Of a stretch of 64,000 nucleotides of DNA, positions 26,059 through 41,000 are shown piece by piece. The notes under the pieces were generated by a model. It did not search any database, was not told where the DNA came from, and saw nothing but the letters and a program-made list of their open reading frames with translations. The stretch is from Orbicella franksi. Lineage: Eukaryota. The translations under genes were made by a program, and so were the position numbers. The stretch lies in assembly GCA_964199315.1 (NCBI GenBank), contig OZ116698.1, positions 44,454,001-44,518,000 of the forward strand, read 5' to 3'. Within the stretch, counting starts at the first letter, position 1, and each line of letters opens with the position of its first letter.

Positions 26059-29000
26059 CTGTTTTGGAAATTGTTTGACAACAAAATTTTGAGGAGTAAA
26101 CTGTTTTATGGACTAGCTTTCATTCACGTTGCTTAATACCTACGTCTAGATGACTGTGCGAGTAGGGGACTAAGTACGAGGGCGACAATTCAAACCAAGT
26201 GTAATGCTTTCGTTAGCACACCTCGCACAAATTTCGAACTGACAGTCTCCTATTTAACTGGTCAACCTACGACAGGGAAAAGCAAGGGCTCTGGTAACCT
26301 AAATAGATGCAAATTCGTACTCAGTCTCTCGCCCTTACTTCTATCTAAAGGTCCCTGAGGCTCGAGCTATGCTCAAAGTTTAAACAATTGTTCTTCAGAT
26401 TGATTTTACTTCACTTTCAGTTGTCTTCATTTATTCAGCTTTGTTCATCTGATCTGTTTTGCAGTCTGCACATGTGACGTCCATCAAGAAAACACTGGAA
26501 AACGGAGTTTGCTCCAATCGAGCCTACTCACCGGGAACAGGAAATGGTAATGGTGGAATCCTTAAGAATAAAACTAAAACGGATAACAAACACATCATAA
26601 AAAGTTACAAGAAAGGTAAACCTTTTTAAAACGTCTTGGACGCCATCCAAATCGATCTCGCTTTTCACGTCCGTTCACCACGTCCGTTCACCATCATGAT
26701 GGCATCCGCTGATTGCATAATCAAGTGTGCGCCGGCTAACCAATCGGAAGGAAGCACAGAGCCCTTAATGCAAAGCGAGCTTCTTCAGCGCATAATTTAC
26801 CACGATGACATCCGCTGACCACGTACTCAAGAGTGCCGAGTAACTTAAACGGATTAGCTAATCACATGACGGCAAGTAATGCTGTACCTAGCTATTCAAA
26901 ACTGCCTAACAACGTACATCGGAAGATCTATCGAAGTTGGCTTAGAACATCTAATTATGGTGTGAAATATGCTTGAACATGAGCGATTAGATATCAAAAC
27001 TAATTCAATACCAAAAGATATAGACAAAACTGGCGAGGCAGGAATTAAATTTTAAGTTTTGTATATCTTCGCCAAAACAAGTGCAATTTTTTTCTAGCTT
27101 GTTTGATTTACTTGACTTAGTAGTTTTGAAAAGAATGGTAAACTTCTCGTCGTTGTTTTGTGGAGGCAAGGAACTTCAAATAACCACAACAAACCTACTC
27201 AGACCATTGTTGTTGACTTCCCTGTACAATTGATTTTGGTGGTGTGGGAGGGGGCTATTTATCTTTGAACTAACAAGATTCTAACGACGTAAATGAAAAC
27301 GGCTTATCCTGCTTATGCTAATATGCTGTGATAACCGTGACCAATACCTATGACCTCTGCCAGCCATTATATTTTGTCCTGTACGCATTACTTACCATTG
27401 GTCATACTTTGTTCTTCACAATGTTTATTGTGTATTCTCTCAACATCTTAGCATGTAAGCTTACCTGTTCACCTCTATACGTTGTTTTCTCCGTATATTT
27501 TTGAACTTGAACGCCTCTTCATTTACCAATATGTTCAAATACCGAATAATTTGTATGAAAGAAGGCCATTTAACCAAAACAAATCAGGCGTTTTTGTCCG
27601 CTTGTCTACTGTTTTTCTTTGGTTGTTTGTTGCCATGGTAAAGGTCACTTCCACTGTGTGTTTCCTTAAGAAGCTTCGTCACGGTTTGCGCATCTTAAAA
27701 TGTTTAGCCTAAATTTTTCAAGTTCGCCGTTTGTAATCCGTGTCTATATCTTCTCCATCCTTAACAATCCTTGTTCCTTTTTGGTTTATTATTATCTCTT
27801 TGGGGTTTTTCTATGTTAGTGACCTACTATTTTCACGTTTCCTTTAATTTAAAGGAAATTTTGCATCTGGACAAAAATAACTCAAAATACCTTGACTGAG
27901 CGTCTTCAATACATTGTAGTTGTTAGTTTTGAACCCGACAAAACGTTTACATTTGGTTTTGCTTTTCCATATAAATCGCCACCTTTCGGTGCCAGAGACA
28001 ATTAAATTTTAATCCTTGAAAAAACTCTCACTCAGATGAAAATTTTGTTCCCAAACAAAAAGGAACGATTAATTACCATTTGTGCCAATTTTGATCATGA
28101 AAGACAAATGCTCAGTGGGATAAAAGACTAGGTACATTGAAGAAGATAAGAGCTATACCCCTGAAATATAAACGAGGTCTTAATCTTTGCATGCTGTTTC
28201 AAATCAATCTTACCCTATCAGGTTACGGTTTCAAAATTTGGCCTATCAGCGTAATGTAAATTCCGTTTCTAGTTCCAGATTAGCTGTTGGGGAGGGGGGG
28301 GGCGGGTGTTCCAGCTTTTTGTTTGAAGGGGTAGGAAGTCACGAGGTCTCTCACTAGACGAGACTTAATTGTGTTCCCTGTTGCATTATCTTAGCCTGCG
28401 AGCAGGCTAGCATTGTCTTTGCATATCCTATAAAATCTGAGAATGTAATTCTTATAACCTGAGTGACTAAATAGCCTAGCTTTTATTAAGTGTACTTTGT
28501 TTTCTATTGTTTCGCCTCAGACGACAAGTGCTCGCTGAAGCCTTGTTTTCCGTTTGTTGAATGTACAAATACACCCGGAGAGGGACTTGGGTTCAAGTGT
28601 GGCGAGTGCCCGCCTGGTTACATGGGAGACGGGATCAGATGTGATGACGTCAATGAGGTAAATACCGTCCGTCAGTTATGTGTCAGATAATAATTACTTA
28701 TTAACCGAAAGTGAGGTCTTTACGGGAAAATCTCAGACCGAAAACCTTGCCGTACTGACCGAGCGATAGCGAGGTTTGAGATTTTCCCGTAAAGGCTGAA
28801 CGTTCGAGGTTAATAAGTTGTTCGTTATACGGCTTTTTGCTTTGTTTTTGCAAGCCCGTAATCGGCCCCTGGGCATTACGGGGGAATGATGCCCTACAAT
28901 TAGCCAGTCAGAGCGCACGTTATATCGACTACAAGAACAAGCCATATAATACGGTTATCATTCGATGCACTTTATTCTTCCTTTTCATTGGCCGAGGGCC

Positions 29001-32000
29001 CACCACGTGACCTGCAAATGTGCATAACTACTCATACGTGATACCGTCTAAGTGTGTCTTTCTGCAAATAATGCTCTGCTTAATTACGCGTAATTGCAAC
29101 CACGTTCTCGTGTTAAAAATGGGCAGGTCGCTTCCCTGAGTTCTAAGAGAGTGATTTAGAGCCATTTAAATATGAAAACAAACTTCTTGATCGAATGATA
29201 AAACAGATATTGAACTCGGTTATCGCAAAATATCGTAATTTGTCAGTGTCCCGCAGATCAATTATTAGCTTCAGCCTTCGGCTTCGGAAATAAATGATCT
29301 GCTAGCCGCTGACAAATCACGATATTTTGCTCAACCTCGTGCAATAATTGTAAATATTAAGTAGATACTGTCGTGGGTTGTTTCTATTGGCTGCAATGCA
29401 ATTTTTTATTATTATTATTATTATTTCTATAACGCCCGTTTCTTCTTGAAAGCAATGACACCTTTCAGTGTGGGGTAGGCTAGAAGAGTTTTTACGATAT
29501 GAACAATGTTAAAAAACTAGCTAGCACTATGCACCAAAGCTAGACTGCATAAAAAAAGTTAAGAAAGTCTAGACAACAAGTCTTAATGAATATGTTCTGC
29601 GGCTTAATTTCAAATGTATCTGGGGCGATTTCCACAAATCCCTAGACTTTTTTAATTAAAAATACACAGCACAGGAGAGATGTTCTAAAATTGATTTTAA
29701 AGTAAATAAACGTCACATTTTACAGTGAGAGAACATGAAAAGCGAAAATTGATTTTGTGACATACATGCTACTTAGTGATGTAAAACTAACAGAATTTTA
29801 TTTCACCAAAGCTCTTTTTCTTTCCTTTTTTTTGTGCTTAGCCTTTAATGTACAATATTATTGCATTTTGATCCATTGTTGAGTCTAATCCATGTCATTT
29901 TATTGACACTGTTGGTCTGTAGCGAAGCAACGAACATTACAGAAAAGTTCGCAATAGAAATAAAGTTATTTTTTACACCGTTTGTTTGCAAACCTGTTGC
30001 AATAGTTAAAAAACACAAAAGAACATCATTGAGAATTCAGTTTGGGTAAGACCTTGATGAGGACATTTTTACCGAGGTATTTTGAAGAAAACAGACGGAG
30101 ACGTTTTCATAGGACAAGGACATCGGCAGAAGGCCCGTAATATATGTTAGGCTAAACATCTGTTCTACAATTCTTTGTCTTACCATCGGCTCTGGCCGAG
30201 TAAATACGAACTTCATTTTCTCACTTCATTTTCCTAGCACGTTCTCAATCACAAAGAAGATTCATTGTTAGCAGGCTCAGCATCTGTTCTTTCTTACTAG
30301 AATTTTGTTGTTAATACAGAATTTCAAGTCTTCCAATTTGGTTCACAACTGTAAAGATGTTAATTTATCCAGTTATACTTAATTTATGCGTGTTTAACAG
30401 ATCGGTCGCTCGCTTCACTCCGTTTTCCAAGATTAATTGTATTTAGAGCCTCTAGTGCCTCATTGTCTGTCTTAGCAAATGCGTTTCAACAACTATACAA
30501 GTTACCCGGAGTGTTCAAACCGTCGAATTCCCAATGCGCACTTCAGAGACCGAACAGAACTCTTCTCACTCCTATTTCCATTTTTAATACCCCCCCCCCC
30601 CCAAAAAAAACGTTTAGAAAATTTTCATCTTACTTTATTGACATTTTTTTCAGCACCGTTAAACAAAAATACAGTGTTAATGAAATAACCAAAAAGTGTC
30701 CATGAGGTAATCAGTGCTTCCTATTCCATGTTTGATGTGCTCGCATATGGTTGATGCGTGTTTTACTATGAGGACATTAAAGTGAGTTCCGATTTGCTGT
30801 TTCCCAGAGATGCGGTGAATAACTAAAGGCCCATTAAACTCGCATAAACTGTAACCGTTTTCTTCAGTGTAAAGAACTTTTCCCGTTGAGAATGGAGTAA
30901 ACCTTTCATTGTTCAAGAGATCTACTTTGATGTGTTGCATTAACGCGCCGAAACACGCATCTTCATTGGGAAATAACCGTGCGACTTTAATAGCATTAGA
31001 AAGTTTTGTCAGTAAATTCCCGCTAAAAACATAACCCGGGCCCGAAGCGTAAGGGGGAAATGTCTTCGCGGGATATTCCTTTACTGATACATAGAACTTG
31101 TTATCTTGTTCGCGAAAAGGCTCCTTGTTAATCAAAGCTGCGCCCATGTAAAGTGCTTTATTATGTCCCTGCGTTCGCTGATATCCCTCCAACCATTGTG
31201 TAAGCTCAAGTACAGCAACATACGAATCATCATCTGCTTTCATCACATACTGCGCCTGGCAGTGGGCTGCTGCCCATTCAACCCCTAGCACCATCTTTCT
31301 TGTTAGGTTGCGGTACGAGTCGATGAAGTTTCCGAATACAATATCTTGATAGTTTACGGCCTCTTGTCGTAACAGCCCGCCCAAAATTGGATTCCGTGTC
31401 TTTCCCACAAGGAACACTGTTTTCCACAACCTTAACCAGAGTAATTATAAAAATATTTCGTTAAAATCTAGAGCAAGTCAAACATGTGGTATCAACTGGG
31501 ATTTTGCAACAGTTAAGTTATCATAAACTCTCAGATTCTGTTAAATTGACAAAAAACTGAAACTAATTGAAAGAGTTTGGAAAAATAGAATACTTTTTGA
31601 TTCTCAGAGCGGTGGACTCTAAGTTTCCACTCATCTTGTAGTTTATTTTCTCAGTCCTCTTATAATAAATTTCCAGAAACAACACCATAGTATTGTTAGT
31701 TTAACGGTACATGTGTTTTTAGCGACGCACGATGCCTCTAGATCGGCCTAATTAAAATTATTATCATTGCTTAACCCAAAACATACAAGGAAATTTAACA
31801 TTTGCTCGACAACAAACGAAGCTTTACAGAACTGTACGCGAAAGTAACCTGAAAAATGAAATCCAAACATAAATATTGTACAAACCATGGAATCAGTTGC
31901 TTTCCTGCGTTCGCATCGTTGATACTATTCTGCGGTCTTCCCCAAGACAGTCGAATAGCCTCTCTTTCCATGAAGTTTGCCGGCGCTGAATGAACCAGAA

Positions 32001-35000
32001 TCAAAAGATATGGTGTCTGTTTACAATCAGGCAAAGATGTTTTCATTTCGATATCTTGTTCCCTCTCTTCGCTTCTTTTGCCATGCAGTGAAGCCAGGCG
32101 GAAAGCTTTTCCAACGGTGTGATTTTTTGCTTCGAATCTCCTAAACGTTTCATCAATTTCCTTCTGTAATCCTTTGAGGTAGCTTTGTGACTCTGTTTTA
32201 TCAAACACAAGTGTTTTGCCTTGTTCTTTAATGTCTTTAGGACATTTTTCGAGAGACTGCCTTGCATATTGATAATTAAAAACCACGAAAGTGTTCCACA
32301 CTGCCGCGAGAACAGTGAAGAACACAACTAGTTTTGTTCTCCAAATGGATGTGAGTCTCATATCTATTGGTGAACGTTTGGAAAAGGACGATGGTTTCGA
32401 AGCCCAGCAAGTTGTAGCTGATATATAATGTTTGGTTCCCTTTTTGTCGTCCGTGGACACAATTATCGTGTACGTAAGCAATTGATAAAAAAAAGCTGGT
32501 TACCATACAATTCGATTATACTGTACACGAGGGTGGCAAAACAAAAGATTGTGCCGGGTTGTCACGAAATTGCCATCTTTTTTTTAATTTGCTTCTGTGA
32601 AGTTTGTTTGATCAGCGTGAAAACAAAATCCAAAACAATAACTCAACAATTATTCCGTGGGATAAAAAGTTACCATGGAAACCGTGTTGAAATTATGAAC
32701 TGCGCATAATTTATGTCGCATCTAGTTAATCATTGCCGCGGGCTTATACAACTTCATGAGGGCTTTGGGTGGGCTTAAAGCGGGGGGCTTATGTCCGGGG
32801 GGGGGGGCGTTTTCTATTGATATAAATGGGCCCCTAACCGGAGGGGTTTATAACCGGAACTTCATGGTGACTAGCAAAGCCGCGCTATCAAACTCAGTTT
32901 ACATCAATCGTCCATAATAATCCAGTGATGCACAGTTATCAAAAGAGCAAAGTTAACTTCGCTTTGCCATTTCAAACGGCGAAGTTGTAAAACAACTGAG
33001 AACGCGAAAGGTTTCACGGATTCGAATTAGGTTTTGGCCAAGAGTAGCTAGCGGATAGCAGTAATTCACCAAACAACTTCGCGCGCACCGAGGGCTTTTT
33101 GATAGAATATCCTGTGCATCTAATCAGAGTTTGCAAATAGTTAGCCACAACCTGGGTCATGTCAATAATCGACTTATATTTTCTGTTCTTTTCTTTACAG
33201 TGTTTGTATTTACCGTGTTCTCCTCACACGACCTGTACCAATCTACAGCCGGGGTTTAAATGCAGTGCCTGTCCTAAAGGCTTCCTGGGTAACTCTACGA
33301 TGGGAATTGGAGCAGATTTTGCTGAGAACATCAAACAGGTTAAATGACTTTCAGTGTTCTTTACTGAGATAATATTAGTTCCAGAAAAGATAGTGAGCTC
33401 CAACTGATACATTTGTTGGAATCCAGTATTTTGACATTCGCCGGCGCATGTCAAAATACTGGATTCCATCAAATGTATCGTTTGGAGCTCACTATCTTTT
33501 CTGGAACTAATTTTTACTTATTTCTAAACAAACAATAGAGTTGAAGTGCGTGTTCATCTGAAAAGCGCGGTGACCGAATGGTTAGTGCGTTAGACCCTAA
33601 ACCGAGAGGTCAGAATTGAAATACTGACTGGGAGTTCCTATGTCATGTTCTTGGACAAGACACTTTTAATTTACTCTCACAGTGCCTCTCATGAGTTTAG
33701 GAGTATGGCAATTGAAATAGAGGACCTGATAGAATGCAAATTGTGCGGTAACTTTATGTTGCGAACAAGTAGACCCAACTCGGGTAAATATGTGCATATT
33801 ATTTAATTGAATTTTGCATCTTTAGATTTGTAACGACATTGACGAGTGTAATGATGGGAAAAATGGCGGCTGTTCTGTTCATTCAACGTGCATCAACACA
33901 CAGGTAAGTCAGGACACATTAACAAGCTAATAATACACTTGAAAACATTACTCGATTCTGATTAGCTAAAAAGGGGTACGGTTTCCATATGACACCAGTG
34001 CAAATTTCAACAAAGATATCCTAAGTTACTACGAGGACACTCATGGTAATCCGAGGAATTTCGAAGGTGAGCGAGGTTCACCCGAAGCCTTCCGAAAATA
34101 GTCGAATGTAACTGGACGTTTTCCGCGTACTTCCGAAGATCACCCGAACCCTTCCGAAGATCAACAAATATCACCCGATTACCTATACTAATAATACACC
34201 TGAGCAAAATATATTTGTTAATTTATTGACTTAATGCTGTATTTTTCAGGGTAGCTATACCTGCGCTGCATGCCGGGATGGATACGTTGGAGATCCTTAC
34301 AGTGAATGCGTTGTCGTAAAATACTGTTCTGGTGATCCTAAATCAAACCCCTGTGGGCTTGGAGCTGAATGCATACCAAAGAAGAAAGGGTTAGCCTTCG
34401 AATGTAGGGTAAGGAAAGCGACTTGTAGTCTTCCCTCATATTTCCTCTCGTTTTCTTGCCTCCACTGAACGTATCTCAACGCTAACACTGTCGTTTGCAG
34501 TGTAAACCTGGTTTTGCTGGAAATGGATTCGTGTGTGATGCTGACGAGGATATGGATGGAGTCCCTGACGAAGCATTAAACTGCACTGGTGACCCTCGCT
34601 GTGCCAAGGTAAAGCTTCAGTAAAAGTACAAAAAGATATACTTTTCCGACTGTTATTCCTAAACAAACGACTCGCCTCTTTGGTTGATCAAGAAACTGGA
34701 GAGGTTGAATCCTAGCCGTTTCTAAAGAAAATATTTGGCATGCCTACATATCAAAGTAAACACTCAGACCAATAAAGGCTGATAAAAACGTGATACAAAC
34801 CAACAAAGAAACGACAGGTTTACCACCAAAAACACTCAGTAACATTGATACCATTTAACGCCTTGTTACTATGTTATTCATAGGACAACTGCAAAAGTAT
34901 TCCAAACACAGGTCAAGAGGACACGGACAAGAATGGCTTAGGGGATATGTGTGAATATGACGCGGATCGCGACAGATATATTAATGATGCGGTAATTCAA

Positions 35001-38000
35001 TTTTTTTGTCAAAGCCGTTATTTGAAACGATCCTATAGGCCTTTCCTAGTCCAGGGCTTGGGTTAAAAAGGCGAGGCAATGGCTGCACGTTAGGCTAGCG
35101 CTTTTCGCTATAGAGACTCTATTGTCAAGTGAGGCGGCCACGCATCCTTGTGGTAACAAGTGGTCTAAGTACCACCTTAAATGTTCTCGCGAGTGGTCAT
35201 GAAACTTTTTATTGAGGGTACGACGTAATTTTAACCAATCAGCGCAGAGAATTTTTCTTGTCGTCCAATCGTGTGGTTTCCACCGTTTGCCGCCAGGTGC
35301 ACGTTTTCCCGCGCTTTCCGTAAACATGGCTACCAGCTTTTACTTCCAGTCCTGGTTGGTTCTCGCAATCATGTAGCTAGTTCATACACTATTCCCTTAC
35401 AAAGTAGGTTCTAGAATTACATCAGGTTGACGTTTAGACCCATGCGTTTAAGCCCGTTGTTTTCTATCTCTTAGGACAACTGCCCGGATGTTTACAACCG
35501 ACATCAGAAAGATGAAGATCGCGATAAAGTCGGAGACGTTTGTGATAACTGCCCCAACGTTCCTAACCGTGATCAAAAAGACATGGACGGGGACGGGATT
35601 GGGGATGCCTGTGACACTGACACGGATGGAGATGGTAGGATGACCCAGCTAGATAATCAAATGTAATCAGAGGGCCTGAAATAATGGAGTAAATAAAAAT
35701 CATCTGTACAGCTAAACCATAGCGAACTAACTTTGAGACCAGGACCAAAATAACCGAATGCAGAGCAAAACCTTGCATCTAAGACTTGAGCATACTTCAT
35801 ACAAGCTGACACAAGATCTAAGTCTTAGCACACATTCTTTCCTCCGCAAGGCGAAACGAATGTTTGTGTTTGGGGGCTAGCATATTGAGACGGGTGTGAT
35901 TGCATGGTAAATTAATAGATTAAAACGAGTGATGTGTAACAAACATTGGTCTTCGTTGTTCTCTGAAGGTCTAAGAAATATCTTCGATAACTGTCCACTG
36001 GTTCCAAACAGAAAACAATCAGACAAAGATGGCGACAGTTTTGGAGATGAATGTGACAACTGTCCGTCTACTACCAACCGTGATCAGGTAAGTGTAAATG
36101 GCTTTTCCAGAGGTGTGCAATTACAAATTCCTCCTTCTCGTTCTCCTCCTCCTGCTGCTCTTTGATTTCGCCGCTCCGTCTCCTTCTCCCACCTACCTCT
36201 ACCCCTTCCCCTCCTCCTCCTTCTACTACCAACCTCCTTCCCCTCCCCTCTAGATCTATCACCTCCTTCTTCCCCCTCTTCCTACCTTCTACTCGGCCTT
36301 TCCTTCTCCTCCTACGCCTACTCTCTTCCAACGTCCGCCTCTCCCACCTCCTCTCCGCCTCCTCCCCGTCCTTCTACTTCCTACCACCTGCCTCCTTCTC
36401 CTCCTCCTTCTCCTTATATCTCCTGACACCTTCCTCCTCCTCCCCCTCTTACCTCCTTCCCTCTATTTCTTCCTAAATCAACGATCTTTCACGTTTCTCT
36501 GTTAGAATGACAGAGATGGTGACAGCTGGGGAGACGCATGCGACCTTGACCGAGATTAGTAAGTAGAACGTAAGAATGGAGAATAAGTACCAGTTTTTAA
36601 AGTGGTAGGTATGCCACTGAGCACAGTTGGGGGCTCTGCCAAGATACGTAAAATCTAATAAGAATCGATAAGGGTCGAGATTGATAACGTGGCTTCGTTG
36701 AATAAAACGTCAAAATATCGCAAGATATAACATCTGATGATAATAACAATAATAACAACTTTATTTCATTATCTAAAGGATCTAGCATTTGTGGAGCACG
36801 GGCGCTAATTGGAGACACTGTAATTACATTTACAATCCAACCTAACCTAACGATTGCTTGTTTGGTCAATTCTTCAGGAATGGTATCGATCAATTTACCT
36901 GAAAGAAGGATTTATTTCTGCCAAGGTCCGCTCTCCCAAGGGAGAACAATGTTTAACTATGGTTCCACTATTTTTTTTTTTTTTCACACTTCCTTTGCTT
37001 TCAGTGATAACGATGGAATAGAAGACAAATTCGACAACTGTTTGAGCCAAGCAAACCCTGATCAACTGGACTCGGATCAGGATGGACTCGGTATGTGAAA
37101 ATATGAGGATCCCAAGTGGGGCCTACTGGTTAAAAGCTGGGAAATATGGAGTTATATTGGAGGAAATAGGGAAACAAATCAAAGGGGTGTTATTTTGGGG
37201 GTAACCGGGGATTAAAGGGTTTGGTTTTCATGATTAGGAAAAAGAAAGAGATTTTTTCCATGAAACAGGGAAAACAGAGGGCTTTATTCTTGGCGAGGAC
37301 ACAAGAACAAAGGACACTATTTTTAAGTCATAGGGTGGGCAAGGAGTTTTATTTTCAGTGAACAAAGGGAAAATGAGCTTTATTAGCAAGTTCCAGGCTG
37401 AGGTTCCGTAAATGCTTTCGTTATGCAAATCAGAGCATAATTAATAGAAGGAAATGGATGAGAAGCCCGGTAAACATCAAAGAAGCAAACAAACAAGCTA
37501 AGATTTATGTTGGAAGTTCCTTGACCCTACACATCTTTTGTTTTATGTATGAATTACATAATCGCTTTGCTTCTATTGGTTAGTTGTATGAGCACACATA
37601 ACCACCTTTGTATTTTGCCAGGTTTTGTACAGGGTCAACCCCCAAAATAGCCATCAAAAACATACAACAAAGAACTTTGCCAGGTTTCAAAACCTTTCCC
37701 TCTATAAACTATTATAATAATAATAATAATAATAATAACAATAATAATAATAATAATAATAACTTTATTTGAGTGTCGAGTCTTCTAGCTAGCCTTAAGC
37801 TTACTAATCGGGGACACTGTTAAAATTAAAATATAATATAAGTATAAAAACGATTCTGGTCTATTTACATTAAATTATACTACATTTTCGCACACTCTTT
37901 GTATTTACATCTAATTCCTACAGTTAAGATACTACTTTAGAATACGGAATATCGAACCTATATTTATAATACTTATAACTAGTGTTTACGGCTCAAGCGT

Positions 38001-41000
38001 TGCAAAGGTGACACCCTTTGCATGTGTCGCCTCTATGATCAGAGGTAGACTCTCAACTGACCAGTTGGTGTGTTTGTGTGACAGGTGACCCATGTGACAG
38101 TGATGACGATGGCGATGGTGTGCCTGATTATAGAGACAACTGTCGACTGGTGTTTAATGTCGACCAGAAACAAACCAGAAGTAAGTTCATGATTAATCAG
38201 AAATAATCGTGTAGGCCTGGTTGATTTTTATTGGATAACCAGCGTCGGCGCTCTCAGCCAATCGCGTGTAAGATCACGATTTGAGGTATCTCGTAATGTG
38301 TCTGTACGATGTTTAATCACGTGGTCAAGATCAAGTGACGACGTGATATGTCTGTAATACCTCGCTCATGAGAATCAGATTTTAAACAGTTATTTAGGAT
38401 GAGCGCGATTATCAAGGCCAAGGTTTGTGTTGTCTGCCGTGCAGATGGGTAGAGTAGTAATTGCCTCTGTGTTTCCCTCAGGTGATTCATATGGCGATGC
38501 GTGTTTTGAAGATTTTGATGGTGATGGTGTACAAGACAAGGATGACGTGTGTCCTGTAAACCCGAAAATATCGCGAACAGACTTCTCTGTATACCAGACC
38601 CTTAATTTTGACGCGGCGGGCAGCGAACAAGATAAGCCTTCATGGAAAGTCAGCAAACAGGTAAATACGTGACTCGAACTATGCTAGATTTCCAAATGTT
38701 CTAAATTATCATTTTGACAATTTAGAACACTATATGAAGAAGTGATCTCAGTTTCATATATTCACATTTGAAATGATCTTTCATATATTCACTTGTAAAG
38801 ACATCAACAGATTGCTTTGTTTATTTGTCAAAATTTGCTTGTTTGTTTTTTTTTTAACCTTTCTTTGCGCAATCTAGATCTCAGTCTAAGAGATTTCTTT
38901 GTGATCTTTTATATTCTAAATGCTCGTGTAATTTAAAACGCAAGAAACTTCTTGGTGTTCAACGATAACTAAGCTTTTTCTTAATATTCTTTCTAGGGCA
39001 ACGAGATACAACAAGCTGTAAACAGCATAGCTACAATCCTCGTTGGTAATTTTTGTCTACTCAGTCTATTTTGTTGTGGGGGGTGGGGATGGTTATATAT
39101 TTTCCCTGTGTTTTAAATAGCTCTGGAGGTTATGGGAAAAGTTTTTTGTTGTGTGCGCAGTAATCTATGGGTCGTGGCTGTACAGGCAGTCACGATACTT
39201 CCATATCTATGCAAAGGACGATACAGTATATTTTATTTTCATGAGAAATTCTGTCTTGAATTACGTATATGTCTTAAACGGGCTATATTTCTTGCGGCTA
39301 TTATCCCAATTGTCTTGAGCGAGAAAAAAAAAAAAACATTTCAGTTTCATTGGGCTGAATAGTATTCACACAAGGTTCCCAATTAAGAATTTATAGAATT
39401 GTGGTTATGCATCGCTGGCTCTGATTGGTTCTTGTAGTTGTTTTGGATGAGGTTGTGCATAACATGTAAACACGGTTAAAGCGCATCATTTCACTTTGCC
39501 TGCTTTATTTTGTAAACGAATTAGGAAATGCCCCATAGCTTGATGTAAATACTCAAGAAAGTTTTTTCACATAAACTTTACAATTTTCCTGACCCTATTT
39601 TCGTGTTTGCATCAGCCTTTAGAAAATAGACCGTAGAAATACGCGCCCTGATTGGTTAAAAATCGTGTTTCTATGGCGGGAGCAAAGAGAGTTTACATTT
39701 TGATGATCAATGCAAACAAGTTATTTTCTTTATTTCGTCGCGGTATTTCCTAAAAGAAATCGAAAGCATGTTCTCTGTGTTTCTATCGAGTTTTAGTGAC
39801 TCAGCTGTGTCCTATTGGAAATCCGCGAATCTGATTGGTTCTCTCATCGTTTTATATTCGTTGATAGCGCGCGCTTCTTTTGGAATTGTAGGTTTTGTGT
39901 TGCAATCTTGAGAGTGTCTACTAAAACAATTAGACTATTCTCCCTCGTTTTCTATGAATAATAGTCAACTCAGTTACGCCTCGTTGACTATTCGCTCATA
40001 GAAAACTCGGGCTCGTTGTTTAATTAACACATATAATCACGAGTAGAGGTATGGGAGAATGATAAAATGCTTTGGGAACACGAGCTGACAGCCGAGTGTT
40101 TCCACAGCTTTTTCTAGTTCTGTGAAACCTCAACTCGTGTTTCAATAACTCGACAGAAACACGGAACATGTTTTCTATTTCTTAAATGTAGACACACGTG
40201 CATTTTCTACTAGTTTTATTTCGTGATGATCTCTAAACTAGGGTAGAAAAATATTCGTGTCAGAGTTTGAGAGGCACCACCCTACCCAACCTTGTGTTTA
40301 GTCACAATCCATGGGTTCATTCTCTATTAATTGTCTTTAGGAAATCATGTTTTTCGGGATGTGGAATACAGTGGAACTTTTTTTGTGAACACAAACTCCG
40401 ATGACGATATCATTGGCATCGTGTTTGGGTACCAAAGTCCCAGAAAATTCTTTGTTGCCTCTTGGAAGAAGTCAAGGCAAATTTACTGGGATACAAGACC
40501 ATTCAGAGCGAAGGCAGATTCTGCCTTCAACATCAAGGTAACTTGACTTGCCCCGTCCTTATAACTTCCATTAGGCGTGAAAATAAGCTCGGATATTTTT
40601 ACTTGGACGTTATCTGTTCCGAGAAGGGAACAGTTTTGCGAGAGTCGAAATTCTCGGACGAAAACTTGATTGAAAACTATGAGCTTTGAAGAACTGCCTA
40701 TGTCGAAGGACAAACGTAAGTACAAACGTAAGAGTTGTGTTTATTATCCTTCAAATATTTCCCTACAAGGTCCTTTCTGTTTAAGGGATATCACTTTGGT
40801 TGTGTTTCCTAACTGTCATCATTTGGTCTATTTTCGTCAATTCGACCCTTTGTAAGTTGTAAAATTTTGTCCACTTGTCAATGTTAGGCCAAGAAATGAT
40901 TTTCGGCAGGTTAAAATTTTAAGATTTAATACCTTGAAAATTAACCGCAAATTCCACCCCTGGATTTCATGATCTTATTGCTCAATTGTGCTGCTTAATG

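Noticed and set aside
33565-33640. Possible tRNA gene
   Set aside because: No intact cloverleaf or B-box, and it runs directly into a SINE body motif, so it is called a SINE.
36071-36476. ORFs 36071-36331 (-) and 36162-36476 (+)
   Set aside because: Translations of the CT-rich low-complexity tract; no splice context or domain.
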